In this document: positions 27,024-36,086 of the stretch, piece after piece
Layout of the letters: each line of letters begins with the position of its first letter
Position numbering within the stretch: the first letter of the stretch is position 1
Sequence record: SRR22947727_1819
Direction: 5' to 3' (one strand)
Length of the DNA stretch: 56,631 nt
Translations under genes and position numbers: made by a program
Notes under the pieces: generated by a model
Seen by the model: only the letters and a program-made list of their open reading frames with translations
Databases searched by the model: none
What the model was told of the DNA's origin: nothing

Positions 27024-27656
27024 ATGAGTCAATTACTAAAATCACTTCAAAACAATAGAGTTGTTCCCCTAGTAGAATCAAACAACCCGACAACCGCTCT
27101 CAAAGTGTCAGAAGCCCTGCTTAAAGGAGGCCTGAATGTTTTAGAAGTTGTACTCCGTACGGATCAAGCATTAAATTGCTTAGAGGCTATAGTAAAAGAG
27201 TTCCCACAAGCGCACGTCGGTGCAGGCACCGTGCTTAATGCAGACCAAAGTCAAGAGGTTATCCGTCGTGGCGCAAGTTTTATAGTTTCTCCCGGACTAG
27301 ATGTTTCTTCAATTGAAGTAGCGCATGCCGCAGAAATTACTATACTTCCTGGTGTTGCAACAGCCACAGAATTACAGAAAGCATTGAACCTAGGACTCAA
27401 TACGGTAAAATTATTTCCAGCATCGCTTGTGGGTGGGCCAAAAATACTAAAAGCTTTCTCTTCTGTTTTTCAAGACATGCAGTTTATGCCTACAGGAGGA
27501 GTTAATCCAAATAACCTTCTTGAATACCTCTCTATACCATCGGTACTAGCTTGTGGGGGGTCTTGGCTAACTCCTGGAGATGCAGTTGAGTCTAAAAATT
27601 ACGACGCAATAACAAAGTTAGCTTTAGAAGCTATTAAGCTTACTCAATTAAAATAG
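27024..27656 (+). CDS. eda: KDPG/KHG aldolase
   Basis: LEVVLRT, VGAGTV, FIVSPG, PGVATATE, VKLFPA, PTGGV. Confidence 0.93.
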   Translation: MSQLLKSLQNNRVVPLVESNNPTTALKVSEALLKGGLNVLEVVLRTDQALNCLEAIVKEFPQAHVGAGTVLNADQSQEVIRRGASFIVSPGLDVSSIEVAHAAEITILPGVATATELQKALNLGLNTVKLFPASLVGGPKILKAFSSVFQDMQFMPTGGVNPNNLLEYLSIPSVLACGGSWLTPGDAVESKNYDAITKLALEAIKLTQLK

Positions 27657-27677
27657 GTAACGACTTTTAAGCATTAA

Positions 27678-27754
27678 TGGCGCGCTTGGGAAGACTTGAA
27701 CTCCCGACCTTTCGGTTCGAAGCCGAACGCTCTATCCAACTGAGCTACAAACGC
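27678..27754 (-). tRNA. tRNA-Arg(TCG)
   Basis: Reverse complement GCGTTTGTAGCTCAGTTGGATAGAGCG-TTCGG-CTTCGAA-CCGAA-AGGTC-GGGAGTTCAAGTCTTCC-CAAGCGCGCCA; anticodon TCG at 27720-27718. Confidence 0.93.
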
Positions 27755-28229
27755 ATAAAATTGATTATTTCTTTGTCTGATTAAACCTCTAAAATATCAA
27801 AGTCTACAACAAAAATAGTTATATTATGCTTAACCTTATAATTTAAAATTAATATACATTAATAAAAAACACTAGTTACTTAATTAGGTAAATAGAAAAA
27901 CTAATAAGAAATTATTTTATAAATTAATTTTCTTACCTCTAAAAAAGGGGATTAAATATAAAGTCACAACAAAGAAAAATATAATTTTGTACTTAAAAAC
28001 AAAAACTTTTTATACTTTAAACACTATCATTAGTGATAGTTATTTTAAAAATAAAAAAGCTATCACAAAGTTGAGAGTTAATTAAAGATTCTTTTTTTTT
28101 CAAAAAAAATGTTTATATTCAGTTGTTTATAATCAATTTTATTGTATTTAAATTTAATTGCTGGTCTCTTTTCTCCAAAAAATATTTTTCTTAATATAAC
28201 AATAATGCATCAATCTACATGTATTCCCG

Positions 28230-28268
28230 TTGACAGGTCAGATTGTCGCGCATAATCTCATCAGATTA
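28230..28268 (+). promoter_or_regulatory. proteorhodopsin promoter with overlapping palindrome
   Basis: TTGACA(28230)-N17-TAATCT(28253); TAATCT-CATC-AGATTA inverted repeat 28253-28268. Confidence 0.6.
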
Positions 28269-28296
28269 ATATCAAAACGAAATGGGAGATCCTTTA

Positions 28297-29022
28297 ATGG
28301 AAAAATCACTAATGTTAGACCCGTCTGATCTTGTCGGCGTATCCTTCTGGATTATGTCAGCTGCTATGCTAGCTGCTACATTCTTCTTTTGGGTAGAAAG
28401 AGATCGCGCAGAAGGTAAGTGGAAAACTTCACTAACAGTTGCTGCTATGGTTACAGGTATAGCTGCTTTGCACTATTTCTACATGCGCGGCGTATGGATA
28501 GAAACAGGCGAAAGCCCAACTGTATTCCGTTATGTTGACTGGTTACTTACTGTTCCACTACAGATTACAGAATTCTTCTTAATCTTATCAGCTATTGCTG
28601 TTGTTAGAGCTCAACTTTTCTGGAAATTACTTGTGGCGTCCGTTGTGATGCTAGTTACAGGTTTCCTAGGTGAAGTTGGTCAAATGGAAGGTGGAAATGC
28701 CGGGCATCTGTGGCCAATGTTTATAGTTGGTACACTAGCATGGTTGTACATAATCTATGAAATATTTGCAGGTGAAGCATCAAAAATTAATGCTGCTTCT
28801 GGAACAGCTGCTTCGCAGAAAGCGTTTAGTGCCTTACGCCTAATCGTAACTGTAGGCTGGTCTATTTATCCTCTCGGATATATATATGGCTACGCAGGCG
28901 GTGGAGATGTAGATACACTTAACCTTATCTATAACCTCGCTGACTTTGTTAACAAAATTGCATTTGGTGTAGTGATCTGGGCAGCAGCCACATCAGTTCC
29001 TGCAAAGAAAGCAAAGAAGTAA
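28297..29022 (+). CDS. proteorhodopsin, DTE proton pump, Gln105 (blue-tuned)
   Basis: RYVDWLLTVPLQITEF, His in ALHYFYMR, retinal Lys in LADFVNKIAFG; GGGAG RBS before ATG 28297. Confidence 0.96.
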   Translation: MEKSLMLDPSDLVGVSFWIMSAAMLAATFFFWVERDRAEGKWKTSLTVAAMVTGIAALHYFYMRGVWIETGESPTVFRYVDWLLTVPLQITEFFLILSAIAVVRAQLFWKLLVASVVMLVTGFLGEVGQMEGGNAGHLWPMFIVGTLAWLYIIYEIFAGEASKINAASGTAASQKAFSALRLIVTVGWSIYPLGYIYGYAGGGDVDTLNLIYNLADFVNKIAFGVVIWAAATSVPAKKAKK

Positions 29023-29068
29023 ACTCAGTTCTGAGTAAGTGGTCAAATAGGCTGCTTTAAAAAACAAC

Positions 29069-29099
29069 GGTGAATGCGTGAAAATGCATTCACCTTTTT
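29069..29099 (+). terminator. rho-independent terminator after proteorhodopsin
   Basis: GGTGAATGC-N8-GCATTCACC-TTTTT. Confidence 0.8.
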
Positions 29100-29136
29100 A
29101 TATTAAAAATCTGTTTTACAAAAATGTACAAAAAAC

Positions 29137-29967
29137 ATGGCTAACACCATTCCAAATACTTGCATTGCTACCTTGCAGCACAAAAAATTCGCGCACTTTA
29201 TTGGTTTAGTAGTAGGTATTTTCTACCTAGCTCTTTATCAATATAATATAACAATATCAGTATGGGCTTCTTTACCTCTTTTTTTGATGGGAATTCCTCA
29301 TGGAGCCATTGAGACACAAGAAAAAATATCGCACATACCAGGTCTACACTATACTTTTCTATACTTAGTTTTCGGTATTCTAGTTTTTTGTTCCTGGTTA
29401 ATTTCACCTCATTATACCTTGGCTTTATTCCTTATTTTATCCGCCTTCCATTTTGGGCAGTCTGAAAAACACTATCCACTTATAGGTCTTTGGGTTGTGA
29501 GCGGCTCAATGTTATTTTACCCAACCGAAACACTAGGTATATTTTCATATTTAACCGGTGAGGAACTAAACGCTAGGAGCTTGCTAATGGTAGGTAGATT
29601 AGTAGCAGTTACTGTTGTTACTATATTAATCATCCAAATATCCACCAGACGTAAAGAGAAAATGCGAGCACTTATATTAATAGCTTTAATCGCATTATTA
29701 CCTCCGGTATCAGCAGTCGCAGTATATTTCTTTATATTTCACAGTCTTGGGGAAATGGCGAAAACTGCAGATCAGCATAATAGAATGCCTATGCAGATAC
29801 TTAAGCTCTATACACCCGCTGGAATTCCGGCACTAATTGGAGGCGTCATAGGCCTTTACTTTTTTTCAGGGAATCTAATTTCTTTGTTTGTGCTTTCAGG
29901 TCTAGCCGTAAGCTTTATAGTTCCCCATATGTGTCCTGTTGAAAAACTAACTAAGAATTTAGTTTAA
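29137..29967 (+). CDS. blh: Brp/Blh beta-carotene 15,15'-dioxygenase
   Basis: Multi-TM protein with four His motifs GIPHGA, FHFG, FHSL, PHM; adjacent to the rhodopsin. Confidence 0.82.
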   Translation: MANTIPNTCIATLQHKKFAHFIGLVVGIFYLALYQYNITISVWASLPLFLMGIPHGAIETQEKISHIPGLHYTFLYLVFGILVFCSWLISPHYTLALFLILSAFHFGQSEKHYPLIGLWVVSGSMLFYPTETLGIFSYLTGEELNARSLLMVGRLVAVTVVTILIIQISTRRKEKMRALILIALIALLPPVSAVAVYFFIFHSLGEMAKTADQHNRMPMQILKLYTPAGIPALIGGVIGLYFFSGNLISLFVLSGLAVSFIVPHMCPVEKLTKNLV

Positions 29968-30005
29968 ACCCTAATCAATGTGAATCTAACATTAAAGCAA
30001 TATAT

Positions 30006-31103
30006 ATGCCCTACTCAGAATCAACAGCCTTAAAAGTACTTTCCGGTATAAAAGATCCAAGAACGGGGAGAGATATAGTCTCTGCAGGAAAGCTAAGTGA
30101 TTTAATATATAAAGATGGCATACTACAAGCTATACTATCTATTGAGCCTGCACTGGTTGAAGGGTTTGAGCCAGTAAGAAAGCTAGCTGAAACTTCGTTG
30201 AAGCAAATTGATGGCGTTGATAAAGCACTTGTATTACTTACTTCTCACAAGTCTGCGCCTAAAATTAAAAAGTTAGAAAAAAAATCACCCCAAGGTAACC
30301 CCCATAAACCCAGAAGGCCTGAAGGATATCAAGGTGATAGTAAAATTAAATCTGTTATAGCGATAAGCTCTGCGAAAGGTGGTGTTGGGAAATCAACAAT
30401 AGCTGTTAATTTAGCGATAGCACTGGCAAAGCAGAACAAACAGGTAGGTCTTTTAGATGCGGATATACATGGCCCTAGTATTCCCATAGTTATGGGAATG
30501 CGAGGAACAAGAGCTTCAACTGAAGAGGTAGAGGGAAGAAGATTGATAAAGCCCAATCAGCAACATAATATTAAAGTTATGTCTATTGGTTTTTTAACAG
30601 ATAATGAAGGACCCATAATATGGCGAGGGCCTATGGTCCAAGGGGCAGTATCTAAAATGCTCTGGGATGTAAATTGGGGAGAACTTGATTATCTTGTAAT
30701 AGACATGCCTCCTGGTACTGGAGATGTCCAAATTGGACTAGCACAAGATATTAAACCTAATGGCGCCGTGATAGTTTCAACACCCCAAGATTTAGCATTG
30801 GCAGATGCACGCAAAGGGAAAGAAATGTTTCAAAAGGTAAATATACCAATACTTGGAATAGTTGAAAACATGGCTTCCTTTGTTTGTCCAGATTGCGATA
30901 GCATTCATTATATTTTTGGGAAGAATGGAGCAAAGAATGAAGCAAAAAAAATGAAAATACCTTATCTTGGCTCTGCCCCATTAGAGATTAGTATTCGTGA
31001 AAGTGGGGACAAAGGTATACCTATCGCCCTTCATGACAACGATATATCAAACATATTTTCTAAAATAGCTAAAAATACTGTAAAAGAACTAAATACTATG
31101 TAA
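30006..31103 (+). CDS. mrp: Mrp/ApbC Fe-S cluster carrier ATPase
   Basis: SAKGGVGKST, DADIHGPS, WRGPMV, DMPPGTGD, ENMASFVCPDC. Confidence 0.93.
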   Translation: MPYSESTALKVLSGIKDPRTGRDIVSAGKLSDLIYKDGILQAILSIEPALVEGFEPVRKLAETSLKQIDGVDKALVLLTSHKSAPKIKKLEKKSPQGNPHKPRRPEGYQGDSKIKSVIAISSAKGGVGKSTIAVNLAIALAKQNKQVGLLDADIHGPSIPIVMGMRGTRASTEEVEGRRLIKPNQQHNIKVMSIGFLTDNEGPIIWRGPMVQGAVSKMLWDVNWGELDYLVIDMPPGTGDVQIGLAQDIKPNGAVIVSTPQDLALADARKGKEMFQKVNIPILGIVENMASFVCPDCDSIHYIFGKNGAKNEAKKMKIPYLGSAPLEISIRESGDKGIPIALHDNDISNIFSKIAKNTVKELNTM

Positions 31104-31110
31104 CACTGAT

Positions 31111-32679
31111 TTAGCTAACCTGCCTTTCAGAGTCCCTCCAATATGGCTCACGCAATTGACGGCGTAATACTTTTCCTGAGGCATTACGAGGAAGGGCATT
31201 TACAATATCAACTGATTTTGGGCATTTATAACCCGCTATCTTAGTTTTAGCGTATGCAATAAAGTCCTTTTCGTTAAAATCAGCACCCGGCCGTAATACT
31301 ATTATAGCCTTTACTGCCTCACCCCATTTCTTACTGGGAACACCTATCACTGCTAAATCTATAATATCTAAATAATCAAAAAGTGCATTCTCAACTTCAG
31401 CAGGGTACACATTTTCACCTCCAGAAACTATCATATCTTTTAGTCTGTCGTGAATATAAAGGTATCCATCTGAGTCAAAATAACCAACATCTCCTGAATG
31501 AAACCAACCATCACGTATAGCATTTTCAGTTGCTTCTGGTCTTTTCCAGTAGCCTTTCATAACAAATTTAGACTTAATAATAATCTCACCGACTTCACCA
31601 TGTGGTACTTCATCGCCTTTATCATCTATACATTTAATTTTAGCATCAGGATAAGGTATACCACAAGAGCGAAGCTTACCCTTTTTAGGGTCATGAGCTT
31701 CTGGTAGCATATAAGTAGCAGCACCCGTGGTTTCTGTAAGCCCATAAACCTGAGTGAATTTACAGCCAAATATCTCTACAGCTTCTAACAATAAGCTTTC
31801 AGCAATAGGTGAGGCCCCATATGCCATGATATGGAATGATGAAAAATCTCTGCTCCTTATATTCGGAATCTGCACGAGCATTAAGATTACTGCTGGTACA
31901 AGAAACCCATGTCGAATTTTCTGCTGCTCAATTAAATCCAATATATGGTAGGGATTGATCTCTCTTAATATAACAGCCTTTGAACCTTGGATTAAACTAA
32001 GCAAACCTATATTAACCCCAGCGATATGAAAAAATGGCATTGCATCAAGAACTGGATCACCTACTTCATAGGCTGCCCAGTCTAACTCTCTTGCTTGCTC
32101 AAAGAAACTAAGGAAATTATCATTTGTTAGTTGAACCCCTTTGGGTAAACCTGTTGTTCCTGAGGTATAAAGCTGTAAAACATCATCATTTCCCTTATGC
32201 ATTAAACATGGGTCGTCTTTGCTACATCTTTCTCGCCATATCTCATAAGAGAGCCAATCATCATGCTGCCCATCTAAAATGAAAATATTTTTCAATTTTG
32301 GGCAATCCGCGACAATAGATTGAACTGCTTCGAAATATTCTTTACTAACAAATAGAGTAACAGCATCACTATCGCTTAAAATAAATTTTAGTTCGGGTGC
32401 GGCAAGTCTATTGTTCACTGCTGCCATAGTTGCTCGGCATTTATTCGCTCCAAATAAAATTTCCCAATAGAGGTCTGTATTCTTACCCAAATAGGCAATA
32501 CGGTCATTGGAGAGGACTCCAAGCGTAATTAATCCATTTGCGACTTGGTTAGAGCGATAGTCAAGAGCAGAGTAAGTGATCTCATTTCCTTCAAACCAAA
32601 TTGCAGTTTGCTTGCCTCGTAACTTTGACTGATATCTTGGAATATCAGCAAGAAACGGCATGGACTTTGTATCTATCAT
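31111..32679 (-). CDS. long-chain fatty acid--CoA ligase
   Basis: YTSGTTGLPKG, YGLTE, GWFHSGD, DRLKDMIVSGGENVYP, SGKVL. Confidence 0.92.
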   Translation of the reverse strand: MIDTKSMPFLADIPRYQSKLRGKQTAIWFEGNEITYSALDYRSNQVANGLITLGVLSNDRIAYLGKNTDLYWEILFGANKCRATMAAVNNRLAAPELKFILSDSDAVTLFVSKEYFEAVQSIVADCPKLKNIFILDGQHDDWLSYEIWRERCSKDDPCLMHKGNDDVLQLYTSGTTGLPKGVQLTNDNFLSFFEQARELDWAAYEVGDPVLDAMPFFHIAGVNIGLLSLIQGSKAVILREINPYHILDLIEQQKIRHGFLVPAVILMLVQIPNIRSRDFSSFHIMAYGASPIAESLLLEAVEIFGCKFTQVYGLTETTGAATYMLPEAHDPKKGKLRSCGIPYPDAKIKCIDDKGDEVPHGEVGEIIIKSKFVMKGYWKRPEATENAIRDGWFHSGDVGYFDSDGYLYIHDRLKDMIVSGGENVYPAEVENALFDYLDIIDLAVIGVPSKKWGEAVKAIIVLRPGADFNEKDFIAYAKTKIAGYKCPKSVDIVNALPRNASGKVLRRQLREPYWRDSERQVS

Positions 32680-32737
32680 AAAAAATTCCTACGCATAGCA
32701 TGACCTTAATCAAAAAGAATACTAATATCAATAATGG

Positions 32738-33577
32738 TCAGTTTAGACGGATAAAAGAGGTCTTAATCCAGTACCATAGCACACATAATAATTTAACGGC
32801 AGATTTATATTGCATGAGGGCTTTTTGCAAAGAAGCAGCTGTATAACTATTTTTTTGTGTGTGTCTCGTGCTGCTTGTTTTATTAATTTTATTTAAAACG
32901 AGTTTGGGTAGAGCGTCGATACAAATACCTAAGCCACGACAGTCTCCCCTATCTAAAATCTGTTTAGCAAGAGATTCCCTTATAGGAGATCCCGCACAAA
33001 TAAATGTATATCGAGCTTGATTTTTATAAATGAATTCGGCTGCAATATTTATTGCTAAATCATCACTGTAAATGTCAGTTGCAAGTTGGTGATAATTAAC
33101 CTTATCTAATAAATCACAAAATTTTAAGGGTTCTATAGATTTAGAATTATTATAAATTATGTTAATTGAATCTTCATTAGTAATTAAGTTGTCAAATATT
33201 TGTTGAACTAATTCAGCGCTATTTATTTGACCAATTGGAACGCCTGAAAACTTCGCAAAAAAATCTATAGGTTTTGAACTGCAAATATTTAACCAAGAAG
33301 TAGAATGTAACTTCATATATCTATCAGGCTGCTTGTTAATTTCAATAATTTGGTCCAATCCAGAAGTAAGAATATATCGAAAACCATGGTCTTTTGAAAT
33401 TCGTTTGATTTTGGTTAATAACTGCAAAGCAGTAAGAGAATCAAAGGTAACTTTCATAAAAGAATAGCGTTTTTGATTTATCTTCCAGTAGTCTTGATCC
33501 AATATAGGCTGAGATAATCTATTCATACCACGCGGTTGAGAGGGTAATATTTTTTTTATTGCACGCATGGTCCTCAA
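32738..33577 (-). CDS. degenerate WecB/TagA/CpsF (GT26) glycosyltransferase-like protein
   Basis: Eroded family motifs FRYILTSGLDQ, SAEL, FICAGSPIRESLA, GLGICID; the RAP..GLEW segment is not recognisable. Confidence 0.5.
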   Translation of the reverse strand: MRTMRAIKKILPSQPRGMNRLSQPILDQDYWKINQKRYSFMKVTFDSLTALQLLTKIKRISKDHGFRYILTSGLDQIIEINKQPDRYMKLHSTSWLNICSSKPIDFFAKFSGVPIGQINSAELVQQIFDNLITNEDSINIIYNNSKSIEPLKFCDLLDKVNYHQLATDIYSDDLAINIAAEFIYKNQARYTFICAGSPIRESLAKQILDRGDCRGLGICIDALPKLVLNKINKTSSTRHTQKNSYTAASLQKALMQYKSAVKLLCVLWYWIKTSFIRLN

Positions 33578-33672
33578 TTATGATAATTATAGATAATGTA
33601 GGACATACTAAAGTAAATGTGTTTATATTAAGTTTACAATTTACTACTTCCTGAAATTTTAAAAATAACCAA

Positions 33673-35490
33673 ATGACAATAAAAAATTTAGACAAAATTA
33701 AAGAACAAACTATCAGCTACCAATTAAAAAGTTTTGGGCGCTTGTGGCCTTACCTGTGGCCAGAGAGTAAACCTTCTTATAAAATAAGAACTTTATTTGC
33801 TATAATAGCCACGGTCGCGGGCCAATTTATTATTGTTGCCGCTCCATTCTTCCTAGGTCAAGCAAGTGACAGAATAGAAGTACAAATAAAGGAATTAGGC
33901 TTAGGTGCAGTAATAGGAAGTTCAATTCTATTTTTTATACTCGCTTATGGAGGTTTAAGGTTAATATCTATTATGCTATCTGAGGGACGTGAGTATATAT
34001 TCGCTCCAGTTGCTCAACATGCACAACGATCAATAGCAACTTTAACTTTTGCTCATTTACACAAACTATCACTGCGTTACCATCTTGAAAAACGTACAGG
34101 CGGTATCTCACGTGTAATAGAGAGGGGAATACGTTCTATTGATTTTCTTTTTAGGTTTTTGCTGTTTAATATAGGGCCAACTCTTCTTCAACTCACCCTT
34201 GCTGGTATAGCATTCTGGATAGCCTATAGCTGGGAATTTGCTCTAATAGCAGTTGGTGTAGTTACAACTTACATCTGGTTTACAGTTATTACTACTGACT
34301 GGAGACTCAAATTTAGAAGAGATATGAACACTAAAGATACTGAAGCTAATTCCAAAGCCATAGATAGTCTTCTAAACTATGAAACTGTAAAGTACTTCAA
34401 TGCCGAGCGGTATGAAACACAAAGATATGACAAAGCAATGGAAGGTTATCAAAGGGCAGCTATTTTATCTCGAACATCATTAGCAACTGTAAACATTGGG
34501 CAGAGCTTCCTAATGAATATAGGACTTGTTGGTTTAGTACTTTTAGCCACCCAAAGGGCTCTTATAGGTGAGATGACAACAGGTGATATCCTCACAATAA
34601 CTTTAGTTATGATGCAGGTCTATAGACCTCTAAACATCCTTGGTTTTGCTTATAGAGAAATAAAGCAAGCCCTCACTGACATGGAAAAGATGTTTGCCTT
34701 ACTTGACTTAAAACCAGAAATACAAGACTGCCCTGACGCAATAAAAATTCATGGCAAACAAGCGGATATTAAATTTACTAATGTGTTTTTTCGTTATGAA
34801 AGCGAACGGTCTATCTTAAAAGATGTTTCATTTACAATTAAGCCTGGTAATACGGTAGCGGTTGTTGGCCCTACTGGTGCAGGAAAATCTACACTTTCAA
34901 GAATACTTTTTAGATTTTATGACATAGAAGCGGGAACAGTAAGTATTAATGGAAGTGATATAAGGAAGGTCTCTCTTGAAAGCCTTCGCAAATGTATAGG
35001 GATAGTCCCTCAAGATACTGTTCTATTCAATGATACCATAGGCTACAATATTGGATATGCTAACCCTAAGGCAACCCAGGAAGAAATTGTAACAGTGGCA
35101 AAAAATGCACAGATACACCACTTCATCAAAAGCCTTCCCGGTGGCTATAAAACATTAGTTGGCGAAAGGGGGTTAAAGCTTTCAGGAGGGGAAAAACAAC
35201 GAGTAGCAATTGCTCGAACTTTATTAAAAAATCCTAGTATTCTGATTCTAGATGAAGCAACCTCAGCTCTCGATAGTGTAACTGAAGAAGGCATCCAATC
35301 TGCTCTTGAAGCTATTTCGACAAACAGAACTACACTTGTTATAGCGCATAGACTATCAACTATAGTAAATGCTGATAAAATCATAGTTATGGATAAAGGA
35401 AAAATAGTTGAACAAGGAAAGCACGCACAGCTCCTGAGAAAGAATGGCCTTTACAAAGAGTTGTGGGAGCAACAAAAGCGTAAAAACTAA
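33673..35490 (+). CDS. Atm1/ABCB7-type ABC transporter (TMD+NBD)
   Basis: HLEKRTGG, DSLLNYETVKYF, YRPLNILGFAYREIKQ, GPTGAGKS, LSGGEKQR, LDEATS. Confidence 0.94.
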   Translation: MTIKNLDKIKEQTISYQLKSFGRLWPYLWPESKPSYKIRTLFAIIATVAGQFIIVAAPFFLGQASDRIEVQIKELGLGAVIGSSILFFILAYGGLRLISIMLSEGREYIFAPVAQHAQRSIATLTFAHLHKLSLRYHLEKRTGGISRVIERGIRSIDFLFRFLLFNIGPTLLQLTLAGIAFWIAYSWEFALIAVGVVTTYIWFTVITTDWRLKFRRDMNTKDTEANSKAIDSLLNYETVKYFNAERYETQRYDKAMEGYQRAAILSRTSLATVNIGQSFLMNIGLVGLVLLATQRALIGEMTTGDILTITLVMMQVYRPLNILGFAYREIKQALTDMEKMFALLDLKPEIQDCPDAIKIHGKQADIKFTNVFFRYESERSILKDVSFTIKPGNTVAVVGPTGAGKSTLSRILFRFYDIEAGTVSINGSDIRKVSLESLRKCIGIVPQDTVLFNDTIGYNIGYANPKATQEEIVTVAKNAQIHHFIKSLPGGYKTLVGERGLKLSGGEKQRVAIARTLLKNPSILILDEATSALDSVTEEGIQSALEAISTNRTTLVIAHRLSTIVNADKIIVMDKGKIVEQGKHAQLLRKNGLYKELWEQQKRKN

Positions 35491-36020
35491 AGTTGTTCAA
35501 TTTTTCTTACGCTATCTTCAATACGCTCTATATTATTGACTTCTGTATGGATTCCCATCTCTAAAACTATCAGTTTTCCCTTTTGGGTAAGGTCAAGGCT
35601 TTTGCCATCATAATACTTTTCTTTGATTCTATAATATCTGTTTAATAGGTCTTTATGCTTATCCACCCTAATTAATAATTGCTCTTTAAGGGCACTTATA
35701 TCCATATTTTCTAGAGCATAAAACTTCACCATAAGATCATCTTTTATTGATGGCTGGCTAGCAGGTCTCTTAGACCATGTTCGCAAATAAATTTTACCTT
35801 CTTGAGTAAGGGTATGGATAATTCTATTGGGCTTCCCTTCCTGATTTACTTCTTCACTATTAACCAGTCCTTTTTCTCTAAGGCGGCCAAGCTCACGGTA
35901 TATTTGTTGGTGCGATGCTCTCCAAAAATATCCAATTGAAGCATCAAAGTTTTTTGCTAAGTCATAACCACTCATGGGCCGCTCAGTTAAGCAAACTAAT
36001 ATTGCTTCTGCTAATGCCAT
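35487..36020 (-). CDS. PadR family regulator with C-terminal Vir_act_alpha domain
   Basis: MSGYDLAKNF, FWRASHQQIYREL, GKPNR...LTQEG. Confidence 0.9.
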   Translation of the reverse strand: MALAEAILVCLTERPMSGYDLAKNFDASIGYFWRASHQQIYRELGRLREKGLVNSEEVNQEGKPNRIIHTLTQEGKIYLRTWSKRPASQPSIKDDLMVKFYALENMDISALKEQLLIRVDKHKDLLNRYYRIKEKYYDGKSLDLTQKGKLIVLEMGIHTEVNNIERIEDSVRKIEQL

Positions 36021-36086
36021 GATGAGTTCTCCTTGTGACTTACATATTTATTACATATGATACATCTAAAGAAAACAGGATTTAAT

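Noticed and set aside
27755-28229. Replication origin
   Set aside because: The tract is AT-rich, but I found no TTATCCACA-type DnaA boxes, no clean TTAA-N7-TTAA CtrA boxes and no typical oriC-flanking genes.
27678-29967. PR-blh as a tRNA-integrated genomic island
   Set aside because: The locus lies on the 5' side of tRNA-Arg, with no duplicated tRNA 3' end (att site) and no integrase.
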